From the human T2T-CHM13v2.0 reference genome, Homo sapiens, in assembly GCF_009914755.1 (NCBI RefSeq), contig NC_060931.1: a stretch of DNA of 64,000 nucleotides, one strand, 5' to 3'. This document shows positions 50,920 through 64,000 of this stretch, piece after piece. The notes under the pieces are model-generated. The model was not told the origin of the DNA and made no database searches. It was given only the letters and a program-made list of their open reading frames with translations. The translations under genes and the position numbers were made by a program. Position 1 is the first letter of the stretch; every line of letters begins with the position of its first letter.

Positions 50920-51145
50920 TCCTCCTGCGTATCTGGGTTTTGAATTCTGGCTCCACAGAACTTGTCAGATATATGACATTAAACAAGATACTTCAACATT
51001 CTGTGCCTTCATTTTCTTAGCTGTAAATGGAGATTTTACTAGAACTCTATAAGATTATCATGAGAATTACATTAATATATGTAAAGCTTTAGACATAGTA
51101 TATGGCACCTAGTAAGCACTCAATTAAATGTTAGTTACCATTAGT
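50920..51145 (+). mobile_element. MIR
   Basis: ctgggttttgaattctggctcc..tgtaaatggagat..tggcacctagtaagcactcaat. Confidence 0.75.
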
Positions 51146-51399
51146 AGCAGTGTAGAATTAAAAAACAAAAACTGCAAACTGTAAGTTAGGCATCTGGCTC
51201 TGCAAACTAGTGGAATTCCCCAGACCTTATTCTGGCCATCTGTAAAATGAAAGGGTTGGGCTAGATCATCTCTAAATTTCCTTCCAACTTAAAAAACATT
51301 GTTCAAAAACACATTTTAGGAGTACGCAAAGTATTTCAGCAGAAGGCGATGTTTTAGCAGAATATTTTTAAAGGCACTTAATCACTTTCACAAAAAATG

Positions 51400-52330
<931 letters not shown>

Positions 52331-53276
52331 ATAAAGAAGCCAGTTCCCCTTGCATCATGTTCAAAGTGTTCTCTGCCTTCCCTAAATTTTAATCACCCTT
52401 ATTGTCAGTCCCACTTATTTGATATCACACATCATCCTGTATTATTATGAATTTTTTCCTACACATATGTCTTTTTTCTCCAATCATATGATACTTGTGG
52501 GATGAGACTATGAGACATTTCAGGTGTCTCAGAAGTGATGAGCCCTTGTTCACAATTATTCACTAAATGTATGTTAAAATATTTAAAGGGAGACAAATTG
52601 ACTAGTAATTTACAAAAACCTAAATTATGACTGGTCAAAAGGAAGAAAACAAAAAAGTGCTTAAATGTTTCAATGAAAACATGTCCATCCAATGGTTTAT
52701 ATTTTCCTAGGCAGTGGGAAAAGAATGAGAGTTGGACTTCAGTTTTTAAGTGGGCAACCCAAATTGTTTTGGTTCTTTAAAAAAATTGGTTTGTTACTTA
52801 TGTTAGGAACAATCTCTCTCTAGTCTAAATAGAGATCTAAGGAAATGCAATCTAAAGAAAATCTAGTCTTGGTTGAATATATTTTACTTTACATTTTACA
52901 TACCTTATTACAGCGAGTACTCACAGGCAAAAGTTCCATTGTATACATTGAAGTCAACAATCATTTGTCTTTTCTGGACTTGACACTCTGCCATGTCTCC
53001 CCACCATTGTACTTACTGGTTCAAACTCCTTAGCAGGTCCTACCAGACTGTCCAGGATTAAGTCTTTATTCACACCTACCTTAGTCTTACCTCTTATTCT
53101 GTCTCCCTTCAAGATCCTCTTTTGTCCAATACCCAACAGACACACATTCGGCTCTAGACACAACAAAAAAGGCAGGCCCCCTAATGAACTCTACCACTAT
53201 CCCCTCTACACTGTTTTCTCTTACACATCCTGATCTCTTCCCCACCTACCTAGTTAGCCTGGTTTACTCTCCTCTA

Positions 53277-53318
53277 TTAGGTTTTTGCCAAACTGCAATT
53301 ACTTTTGCACCAACCTAA
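53277..53318. mobile_element. MADE1 (Hsmar1 MITE) with internal deletions
   Basis: ttaggtt..gcaattacttttgcaccaacctaa matches the MADE1 terminal inverted repeat. Confidence 0.8.
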
Positions 53319-53498
53319 TCATCTTCTCTAGCAGGCCTTCCCTACCCCTGCCTACCTTCTTGCCCAGATTGAATCAGGCCCCATCTATGGATTCTCATAG
53401 TACCTGTGCTTACCCACCATAAAGCACATATCACATGACTGAAATTTCCTTACCCAAGATCAAATAAATGAATAGCCCAATTCATTTTTTTAATACTA

Positions 53499-54125
53499 TG
53501 CTATAATATGAAGGTTTATGCTCCCCCTTCAAATTCATATCCTGACATTCTGATGCCCAAGGTGATACTATTAGGAGACAAGGACTTCTAGTGCTCTGTT
53601 GTTCCTGATCTTAGATGGAAAGCATTAGCTTTTTACCACTAAGTATAATATTAAGTTTAGATTTTTAGTACATGCTCTTTATCAATTTTAGAAAGTTCCT
53701 TTCCATTCCTATTTTTCTTAAAGTTTTAATCATGAATGGGTATAAAATTTTGTCAAATGCTTTTTCTGCATTGATTAGTATAGTTATATGATTTTTCTCT
53801 TTTAGCCTATTAATATGGCCAGCTATCTTAGCTGATTTTCAAATATTGAACCAGCCTTGTGTTCCTGGAGGAAGCCCATGGTTCTGCCCTCAATAATAAA
53901 ATCAGTGCCCTTAGAAAAACAGCCTGATAGAGCATGTTTGCCCTTTTCACCATGTGAGTACACAGTTAAAAGGCCCCATCCATAAGGGGTGGGCCCTCAA
54001 GCAGACACCACTAGCACCTTATCTTGGTCTTTCCAGCCTCCAGAACAGTGAGAAATAAATTTCTGTTGTTTCTAAGTTACCCCATCAAAGACATTTTGTT
54101 TCAGCAGTCAGAACATACAAAGACA
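53499..54125 (+). mobile_element. MLT1A/MST-like LTR split by an antisense L1 fragment (about 53592-53868)
   Basis: Starts tgctataatatgaagg and ends ccagcctccagaacagtgagaaataaatttctgttg..aaagaca. Confidence 0.75.
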
Positions 54126-54129
54126 CCCT

Positions 54130-55855
54130 ATAATACCAAAAACAGGCAAAAATGTACAAAAAATGAAAGGTTTAGGCCAATATCCTTTATGAATATGCAT
54201 ACAGAAATTATTAGCAAAATATTAGCATATAGAATTTACAATATATAAAGAGAATTATACTCCATGACTCCGTGACCAAGTGAGGCTTATTCTAGGGATG
54301 CAAGGCTGGTTCAATATTTGAAAATCAATGAATGTAATCAACCATATTAACAGGCTAAAGAAAATAAATCATATGATTAATCAATGCAGAGAAAGTATTC
54401 AACAAAAATTTTATACCCCTTCATAATAAAAACTCTTAAAAAAACAGGAACAGAAGAGAACTTCCCAAAATTGATAAAAAACATTTACTAAAAACTACAG
54501 CTAACATTATGCTTAATGGTAGAAAGCTGAATGCTTTCCTCCAAAGATCAGGAAGAGTACAAGGAGGTGACTCTTGCCACTCTTATTCAAAATGGGGATA
54601 GAAGTGCTAGTCTGTACAATAAGTCAAGAAAAAGAAAAGGCAGGGAGAATGAAAAGATCCTAAATTAAAACATAAAACTATGAAACTTGCAGGGAAAAAG
54701 CACAGAAAATCTTTGCATCTAGGGCTAGACAACTTTTAGATTTGATACCAAAAGCATGGTCCAAATCAGGAAAATTGATAAATTGTGCTTCATCAAAATT
54801 AAAAATCTTTTGCTCTGTAAGAGATCCTGTTTCTCTGTTAGGACAATGAAAAGATAAGCTATAGCCTGAGATAAAATATTTTCAAATTACATATCTGATA
54901 AATGAGTGCATAAAGAAGTCTTAAAAACTCAATAGTCAAAAAATTAAAAATCCAATTAGAAAATGGGCAAAAATCATGAAGAATAATTTTGCTGCAGATG
55001 GTGTACAGATGACAAATAAGCATCTGGAAAGATGCTCAACATCATTAACCGTTAGGGAAATCCAAATTAATACCACAGTATAATTACAAAGCTCTCAGAA
55101 TGGCTAAAATAAAAAATAGTTGACTACACCAAATGCTGGTGAGAATGTGGAAAAATTGGATCACTCATATGTTTCTGGTGGTAAGATAAAATAGCCTGGA
55201 CACTGTGGAAAACTGTTTTGCAGTTTCTTAAAAAGCTAAGCATGCAAACACCATACAACTGCACTCCTGGGCATTTGTCCCAGAAAAATTAAAATATTCA
55301 CAAAGAAACATGTACATGAATGTTTATAGCAGTTTCATTCATAATAGCCACATACAGAAAAAAAACCATGTGTTTCTTAATGGGTGAATAAACCATGGTA
55401 CATCTATACCTTGGAATACTACTTGTCAATAAAAAACAAACAATTGCTAAATAAAACAACCTGAGAAAATCTCCAGAGAACTATACTGAGTGAAGGAAGA
55501 AAAATCCCCAAAGATTACACACTGTATGTCATTTATATAACATTCTTGAAATGACACAATCACAGAAATAGAGAATACTGGTCACTAGGCATTAAGGAAG
55601 GTGTGGAAGGATGTAGTGATGGGAGGAAATGTGTATGGCTGTAACAGGGCAACAGAGGCATCATTGTGATGATGGAAGTGTTCTGTATCTTGTGTTTTTG
55701 AATGTCATTATCCTGGTTGTGATATTGTACTTAGTAGTTTTGCAAGATATTACCACTGAAGAAAACTAGTTAAGGGTACACAGGATTTTTCTGTATTATT
55801 TCTTATAAGTGCATGGGAATCTACATTTATCTCAACATAAGTTTCATTTTAAGAA
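54130..55855 (+). mobile_element. L1MC/L1MD-like 3' portion with internal deletions
   Basis: RPISFMN ORF2 fragment, gcaaggctggttcaatatttgaaaatc and an old L1M-type 3'UTR. Confidence 0.85.
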
Positions 55856-56015
55856 TTATATATTTTCTGAATCTTTAATAATGTGTCAACTAGAATTTAA
55901 CTGGGTATATTTTTATGATAGAAATCTACCTTACCATGCCCTTTGTCACTTGAGTAATCATATATTACATGACTCAAAGGCACAGAAATCCAGTAAGTAA
56001 AGAAAAAAGGTGTCT

Positions 56016-56296
56016 ATTTATCTGGAGACAGGGTCTCACTCTGTTGCCCCAGCTGGAGTGCAGTGGTGCTATCATAGCTCACTGCAGCCTCAATCACCTG
56101 GGCTCGATCTCCTCCTGCCTCAGCCTCCCCAGTAGCTGGGACTACAGGTGCCACCACATCCAGCTAATTTTTTATTTTCAGTAGAAATTAGGTCTCACTC
56201 TGTTGCTCAGGCAGGTCTCAAACTCCTGAGCTCAAGCAATCCTCCTGCTTCAGCTTCTGAAGTGCCAGGATTACAAGTGTGAACCACTGTGCCCAG
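56016..56296 (-). mobile_element. AluJ
   Basis: Antisense dimer with J-type diagnostics (ctcaagcaatcctcc). Confidence 0.9.
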
Positions 56297-56299
56297 TCA

Positions 56300-56557
56300 T
56301 GGTTTTTTCTGTTGTCGTTGGGTTTTTTTGGTTGTTGTTTTGTTTTTGTTTTTAAGACTTGCACTGTCACCCAGGCTGGAGTACAGTAGCGTGATCCTGA
56401 GACACTGCAACCTTTGCCTCCCAGGTTCAAGTGATTCTTGTGCCTTGCCACCTGAGTAGCTGGGACCACAGCTGTGTGCCACCACGCCAGGCTAATTTTT
56501 GTACTTTTATTAGAGATGGGGTTTTACCATGCTGGCTAGGCTGGTCTTGAACTCCTG
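56300..56557 (-). mobile_element. 5'-truncated Alu with a (GTT)n-type tail
   Basis: Antisense Alu ending at gaactcctg. Confidence 0.85.
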
Positions 56558-58349
56558 CCAGCCTCATTTTAAAACAAATTTTCTAACCAAAAATATACTC
56601 ACAGGTTGAATTCAATGGCCCAGAAAAAAAGTGAAAGTATAATTGCCTTTATAATACAGTGCAATAGACCATAGAATATTTAAATCTTTAAATGCTTTGG
56701 CATTTCCATTGAATTGTTTATATTCTATGCAGACTTGTATTAGTGTTAATCCATTAGCAAACACTAAAATTATATAAGTGCTATTAATTTTATTAGGAAA
56801 GAAAGAAGTGTACTTCTTTCTTCTGATATGAATCATGGTAGCGCTTGGATGAACATTAGAGCCTATCCAGCACAATTTTTTCACCTTAAGAGGAAATGGA
56901 AGTAGTTGAAATTTAAATGTTGCATCAAAGATGATACAGCTAATATCCAGCACACAAAGCCTCCTACATTGATTCTTAGATATACTTAGAAGTCACAAAT
57001 GCAAAAGCCTTTTACTATTGTTACAAAACACAGCAAGGAGATATTTATATTCTGTATCGTGTAAAGTCATCCTGGAGTTGGGGATCCAGCCTGGAATTGC
57101 TGGGCATCAGGGACAGTGAAGTTGTGCAAGCATGTACATTGTCTAACGCATGCTCGAAGTTATATTTATCTTCAGGACATCCGATTTGACTCACGTTCAT
57201 TGGTCCTATATTTTTATTGGTTTTAATTAACTATGTCCTTTAGCAATCCTTACCTCTATCTTTCCCTTTTGCATGTGTCAGGGTAATCTCAAGTATAAGT
57301 CACCCAGAAAGGAAGAAAATATTTTTTGTTTGATCTTATGTTTGTGGCTACTAATAGCAGTATTAAAAATTAAAGTACAACAAAATATATAAGATTACAG
57401 AATCCTAGGAAAATAAAATAGGAATGTGAAAACAGATCTAATGAGGTATTAAACCTCTAGCAGAGAGCCCCCAATCTCTTATCATGTTTCTTTAAGTCAT
57501 TAGAATTGTCCTGCAGGCTAAAAAGAGCTTCGTTCTGATGATGGCCCCAAATGCTTTTTTCTCCCAATGATGTCAACTTGCAAAGTTTGGCACGTTCTCT
57601 TACAACATTCTAATGTCCATTAATGACCTCTTAATGCTAATTGGTACACATTATACCATCTGTAAATTTTAACACATCATGTTATTTTCAACAATACTTG
57701 TATCTTCATCCTATTCTGGTATCAGATAAAGCCAACCAGGCAAAGGAAGCCATCTTAAAGCAACACTGGTGTGATTTTGCTCAGTCTGAGCAAGAGATTC
57801 TTTGCTGAAAAAAACTACACCTAGATGGGTCGTTTAATTCAACTTTGTGAAGACACTAAAGGATTGATAATGGCAAAGCAGGTTACACAAAGTTTACTGC
57901 CTATTTGATTTAAACAATTATTTAGGTGTAGATAAGAAAATACAACTTACAATGGGTTTGTGGGATATAGTTTAGAATTTGCTCTAAAGAATCTGGGATG
58001 ACTATAACCAGGGCCTTGGTTCCAGTCTAGCCTGGAGTCCCTTCCTTGTGTCATCCAAGTTCACAATTTGTCTTTGTGTGTTTGGTGCAGCTTCAGTCAC
58101 AGTTGGGGATAAATTGGGATTCAATGTTCACATTCTGAATATGGGTCCTTGTTATATACAAAAATGTTTCTAAATCTGTTATTGGTAACACAGTAAATGA
58201 ATTGGATTAGGAGGTCATTATTAACAGGTCTGACATCTGTGGGCCTGTCTAGCAGACAGGATGCAAACAGACAACAGAGAGCCTCAAGGAAACAACAAAC
58301 AAAAATCAACATGAAACAAAAATATCTGGCCATAAAGATGCAGAAGATG

Positions 58350-58925
58350 AAGACTTTCGGAGTAGACTTGTAAATTGGAGCGAACAGTGGGTCCAGGCAC
58401 AGTGGGAGCCCCACCCACACCCCGTAACAGTCCTTCTAACCTTCCCCATCCAACATTCTTGCCTACCCTGACAGGGAAAGGACTGCAGTTAAGGGTCCAG
58501 TCCTACTGTGGGATTTCTCCTGGGAGCGCGCTGGTCATGAGAAGTGAATAGAGTTTCTCTTCATTCCCCACGAAGAGAGAAGAGCCCCAGGGGTCGGTGA
58601 ATCTGAAGGATCAGCTGCAGCAGTCGGAGGAGAAGGTAGAGAAGGGCGAGGCTGACCTACACCTAGACAGAGGTGCCCAGCTCTTATGCGAGCAGCAACA
58701 GGGACCTAGAGCCAGCCTGACGCTCACCCCAATGCACACACACCAATCACCTGCGGAGGCTTTCTCCTGGACTTCCTCCTAATCCAAGATGCAAGGCTCA
58801 AATGTTAAAATATTAGGTATTGCTCCAAAGTTGTCTCACTGCTTAGAAATGCCTGAGACATCCTGCAGGGGGCCGACCTCCTCTCTCATCGGTGCTCTCA
58901 GCCCCTCTGCTCTCTCCTTCCGGTT
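58350..58925. promoter_or_regulatory. CpG-retaining GC-rich patch (candidate weak promoter or enhancer)
   Basis: About 15 CpGs counted by eye in ~570 bp of non-repeat sequence within an AT-rich, CpG-poor background. Confidence 0.4.
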
Positions 58926-59095
58926 GGTGCTCTTTGAGCAGCTAACTCCACTTTCTGATTATCCTGAAGTGAATTCCTAGTTGGAATCCAGGTGGAAAAA
59001 AAATCTAACAGCCAAAACGTGGACTCCTTAAGGTTTTGTGCATACAAGTGATGTGAGGATGAATGAAAAGAAAAACATTTATCTGGTAACTAATG

Positions 59096-59398
59096 TTTTT
59101 GTTTGTTTTTGTTTTTTGAGATCGAGTCTCACTCTGTCGCCCAGGCTGGAGTGCAGTGGTGCGATCTCAGCTCACTGCAACCTCCTCCTTCCCAGGTTGA
59201 AGCGATTCTTCTGCCTCAGCCTCCCAAGTAGCTGGGACTACGCGCACGTGCCACCACGCCCAGCTAATTTTTGTATTTTTAGTAGAGATGGGGTTTCTCC
59301 ATATGGGCCAGGCTGGTCTCAAACTCCTGACCTCGTGATCTGCCCACCTTGGCCTCCCAAAGTGCTGGGATTACAGGAGTGAGCCACCATGCCCAGCC
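59096..59398 (-). mobile_element. AluS (Sg-like)
   Basis: Full length with TSD actaatg. Confidence 0.94.
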
Positions 59399-59628
59399 AC
59401 TAATGGTTATTTTTTTAAGAGATAAATAGCAACGACTATTTTTTGTGAGAAGCTGTACTTGATGAGTTCTTACTAAATTTAAATATAGAAAGTATTAGCT
59501 CATCCAATATAGTAAATCTCATGTGGACAATAAGTAGTTCAGAAACAGATTAATCACACTGAAATAATTATTAACCTAATTCTTTTAAAATTATTAATAA
59601 CCATTAATATTCTCTTTTAAAAATTCAT

Positions 59629-59934
<306 letters not shown>

Positions 59935-62900
59935 CTAAACTCTTGCATAACCATTCTATACTTAATTCTGATAGCAATACCACTGGGCAAATATTTCTAT
60001 TCTTACCAATACTTTCTACCTCAGGAAACTGTGTGTTCTGTGAAAGTAAAGATCTTGGAAAACTTTTTGTAAGTCTAGACTGGGTGCCTAGGCTTAGTAA
60101 AGCATTCAGCAGGTAGTTGGTAGAACCAGTAGCTGAACCAAGGACTTGAAAGTTTATTATTCAGTTTGGAGATTAGAAAATTTATCAGCTACAAATACTG
60201 TGAAGACTAATTAGTAATAAGCTTGACATTTTACTAAATGCCATAACTCTTTGTATTTCAACTTCCACTTTTATTCTTATCAGCTGAATAAAAAATTTTT
60301 GATTCCTTAAAGATAAAACTAATGAATATTTCTATATTAACCATAAAAATATTAACATTCTGCAAAGTAAGGTTTAGAATGGCATTTCATCAGAAATTAA
60401 ATTGAGCCAGTTAATGTGAGAAGACTTTTATTTATTCTGTATGTATTTTTTTTTATGTAGGAAAGAATTCAGTTAGCTTAAACTCTTATTCAGAAAAGTA
60501 GAAGAACATTGCATGGTAGATCCAGACCAGAGTTTATTTCTTAGGGAAATATGTAGGTGTAAAGGTTGGGATATCTGATTAACAATTCATAAACCTTTTG
60601 CAGAAATCCCTATCACTTAAACATAGGAATACATTTGTCATTCCTTAGGACTTAATATTTACATTAAATGAAATACATTTGTCTGTTTTTCCTTGTTTTT
60701 TATTATTATTAATCTCTTGGTTCTAGAGAGACAATATGGCACAACTATTTCACATTGACCTAGGATGGCTGTGCCTTTGGACTTCATACCAGGCTGTCCT
60801 ATGATTCATTAAGCATTCTCAGCCATTCTCAGGAAAGGATTTTCTGCTTCTCCATAACCAAGCATTCAAAAGATGCTGACATGCCACAGTCCTCACACTT
60901 AGATTCCATATCTATATCACTGATGTGGTCCTAGAAACTTACTAATAACCAAAATTTACAGATCTAAATATTTGTTACCTTTGGCCACAATGCTGCTCTC
61001 TACCCAGATCTGTCACTGTCAGGACCTGAGAGTTTATTCAAATAGTTGAACAGCTAGAAAGGTGGTACCACTTGTTAGATTGCTTTATAGCCTCCAAGAC
61101 TATGGATGAATAGTTTTGAAGGAATGAACCATGAGTCTCCTCCTGGCAAATCTTAAACTCTTATATAGTTGAATGGTATTTTTATATTGGCCATAAAAGT
61201 GTCGTCTAAGTAGTTTTTAAAAACTTTATTGGAGGATGTCGTATTTTAGGAAGTATTTGAATAATAGAGAGTGTTTTCAAACTGGAAGACCAAAGAAGGA
61301 CATAAAGAAAAAAATGGTTCCAAGAACAGATGTAACTTGAAAAAAGCATCTGAAGCTGGAGTCGAATTATCAGGCAAGGACTGTAAATATATTTATCTAA
61401 GACAAGTGGTCTTTGATGAAGATGAGGAATTTATAAATTAATAGAGATAAAAAATTAGTTAAAACACTCTAAACCCTTAGTACTTTGAATAAGCTATATG
61501 CATTCCTTTTAGTTTTGTTATGCATAACATTGAAAAGAATGGAATGAAAGGAGACATTTGAATGTATTTAAGTATCATGAAATGATACTTGTAGTGCTTC
61601 TAAAATAGATAATTGTTTTATAGTATAAGTGACAGAAAACAAACTCCCCAAATAGAAGCATGAAATCCATTTGAAATAGCTAAATCAGCCAAAATTTGTA
61701 TTACTAACTTGAAATACGTTCAATCATTTTGTCAAGCACATATTCTCTTTATTTTCTTGACTTGGATATTTGAAGGAAGATGTAATCCATATGGTTTTTA
61801 TTCTTTTACACTTGAGGTATTAAAATGGGGCTCAAACTAAGTATTCACATATCAAGAGCCAGTTATTTCTCTTAAAACATCTATTTTCTTGGTGAAAGTA
61901 ATTCACACTATATTATAGCCCAAAGTTGTTAATTCATACATCAACTCCTAGTCCAGAATACACATATTCTCTTAACATATCAGAAGATGTTTCAAGTTTT
62001 ACAAACAGCCATCCAGCACAATTAAAGATAAGTTCTTGCCTTGTCTGTCACTATTAATGACCACTACAAGCCATGACAAAAATCATAAACAATCATTCCT
62101 ATTTAGCTCTGAATTTCAAGGCTCAGTACATTTTATTATATATATCCTAGGATATTTCAGATTTAGAAGTTCCTTTATGCCTCTTATTCAGTTTTTATAA
62201 TTTTATTTTTATCAAATATAGAGGATGCTGCCATATGCTCTAAAAGGCAAACAAAATAAAAAACAACACAAAACCAAAACACATAACTATTTATGAGTAT
62301 AAAGCCTCATCTAACACTATAGTATCCCTTGATTTCCAGATCAGCTTGTCTTGTTCATTAAATTTATTTTATTTGCAATGGGTTATGTCATTCCCCTCCT
62401 CAATAGATGTCTTCATTGCCATTTTTTGTAGAAAAAAAAAAAAAAAAAAAAACAGAGAAAAGAAGAAAGATCATGTTGCAGCACTGGGAGCAGATATCAC
62501 AGGCTTCCTTGCCAACAGACTTCCCGAAGGCACAGTTGGCACATTGTCTGAGATGACAGACAAGATGCAAGGGACTCCTGTGACCCTTACAGGGGAAGCT
62601 TCTGCTGTGGCTGGTAGGATGGTAGCTTTAACTCATCCTCCATAATACCAAATGTCACTTTGTGGGGGTAGCCTTCTGGCATTGACACTTGTTTTTATAT
62701 GCCATAGTTCAAAGTACCACACTACGAAATAGCTCCAGAATGTGCCTTGTAACATTTAGTCACAATAAGGGCATTTACATTCTTCCCAAATATCCTTTCA
62801 AAAAAAAAAATCAGTAGATTCACACTCTTGAGTGAGATGCAAAATTGCAAAGGGTTCAAGATATGTTCTTGGTCCTTAGAACAGAAAACATATTCTTCTT

Positions 62901-63100
62901 GTACTCTGTTTAGTGAGTTCAGTTAAGGCTATTAGTTTCTGAGCTGTTTTATAAGCCAGGAGTCGGCCCACTGCTGTCTCCCTTGACTATACATTCAATA
63001 AATAGAATGTGATTATACAAAACTAAATTTTCCAGAACCATTATTGAAAGTGCCATAGGAACGTCTAATTAATAAGAATACTATAGAGGAATAATCAGGA

Positions 63101-63560
63101 TATTACGAATTAAATCCTGTCCCTCCAAAAGATACATTCAAGTACTAAGTCCTGGTACCTGTGAATGTAACCTAATTTGGAAATACAGCCTTTGCAAAGG
63201 TATTTCGTTTAAGGCTGTACTAAATTGGGGGAAGATGCTAATCCACTATGACTAGTGTCTTTATCAAAGGAAAAAATTTGTACATAGACGTGGAAACAGG
63301 GACACAGAAGAAAGAACATTATGCGAAGACAGAAGTGGAGATCGGGGTTGATGCTGCCACAGGTGAAGGAACACCTGGGCTACGAGAAGCTGGAAAAGGC
63401 AGGGAAGGGTTCTCATCTCAAAGTCTTTGAGGCAGCAAGGCCCTCCCAACAACTTGATTTTGGACTTCTACCCTCCAGAACTCAGAGAGAACAAATCTCT
63501 CTTGTTTTAAGCTACACAGTGTGTGGTATTTTGTGGCACTCCAGGCAGCTAGAGGAATAA
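63101..63560 (+). mobile_element. MLT1C/D-like LTR
   Basis: gtccctccaaaagata..ggtacctgtgaatgtaacc..ttgattttggacttct..cctccagaact motifs. Confidence 0.8.
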
Positions 63561-64000
63561 GTCTTTGAAGCTTGCAAGGGAGTTCTGGTGGTGTATCACA
63601 GTGTCCACCTCAATGGATTAATTTGTAGTCATCAACATAAATAAATCTGGATTTTTAAAAGGGATGAAGCGTGTTTTCTGATAAACTAAAATCTCTATGT
63701 TATATAGAAGATGCACAATCACTAATGAAGATACACTTACACAACCTAAGTGCCACAAAGAATCCTCTTCCAGAAATATCCTTCCAGGAGAGGCCATCTC
63801 TCAAGCCTACTATTTGTTACACTCTTCACTGTAAGGATTGCATAACCTATAGCCCACTGAATGTGAAGAACATGTGCAAAATCCTGGTATTTCAATTGTT
63901 AGCGCTTTTCAGGTATGGCTTTATAAGACAAGCACTGATGACAACCACTTATATTCAATACAAAGAGTTTTGTGTTTAGCCACTTGAGAACAGGGATTAC

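Noticed and set aside
53277-53318. miR-548-type hairpin from MADE1
   Set aside because: The left arm is mostly deleted, so no full hairpin can form.
62346-62645. 99-aa ORF
   Set aside because: Runs through a poly(A) tract, has a non-ATG start, and shows no splice or homology support.

Overview
Primate (human-like) genomic DNA, AT-rich and dense in interspersed repeats, with no intact protein-coding gene. It opens with the 3' 4.5 kb of a deleted HERV-H provirus (pro-pol-env remnant plus 3' LTR7). It also holds a full-length THE1 element, solo LTRs (MER11, LTR9/MER61-like, THE1B, MLT1/MST), L1s, Alus and DNA-transposon fossils. The most notable structures are: (1) an L1PA7-type insertion that carries about 1.4 kb of 3'-transduced DNA inside one TSD; (2) repair or template-switch scars, including a 105-bp local templated insertion, a perfect 42-bp palindrome, a fold-back inside MER53 and an L1 micro-inversion; (3) candidate spliced + strand non-coding exons (34.7, 36.4 and 49.9-50.9 kb) that an upstream HERV-H or a nearby THE1B LTR could drive; (4) a weakly supported minus-strand decayed-gene remnant at 17.2-19.6 kb. 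Repeat subfamily names come from remembered consensus sequences and need RepeatMasker/Dfam confirmation. I could not identify the locus, and I found no convincing new biological system.
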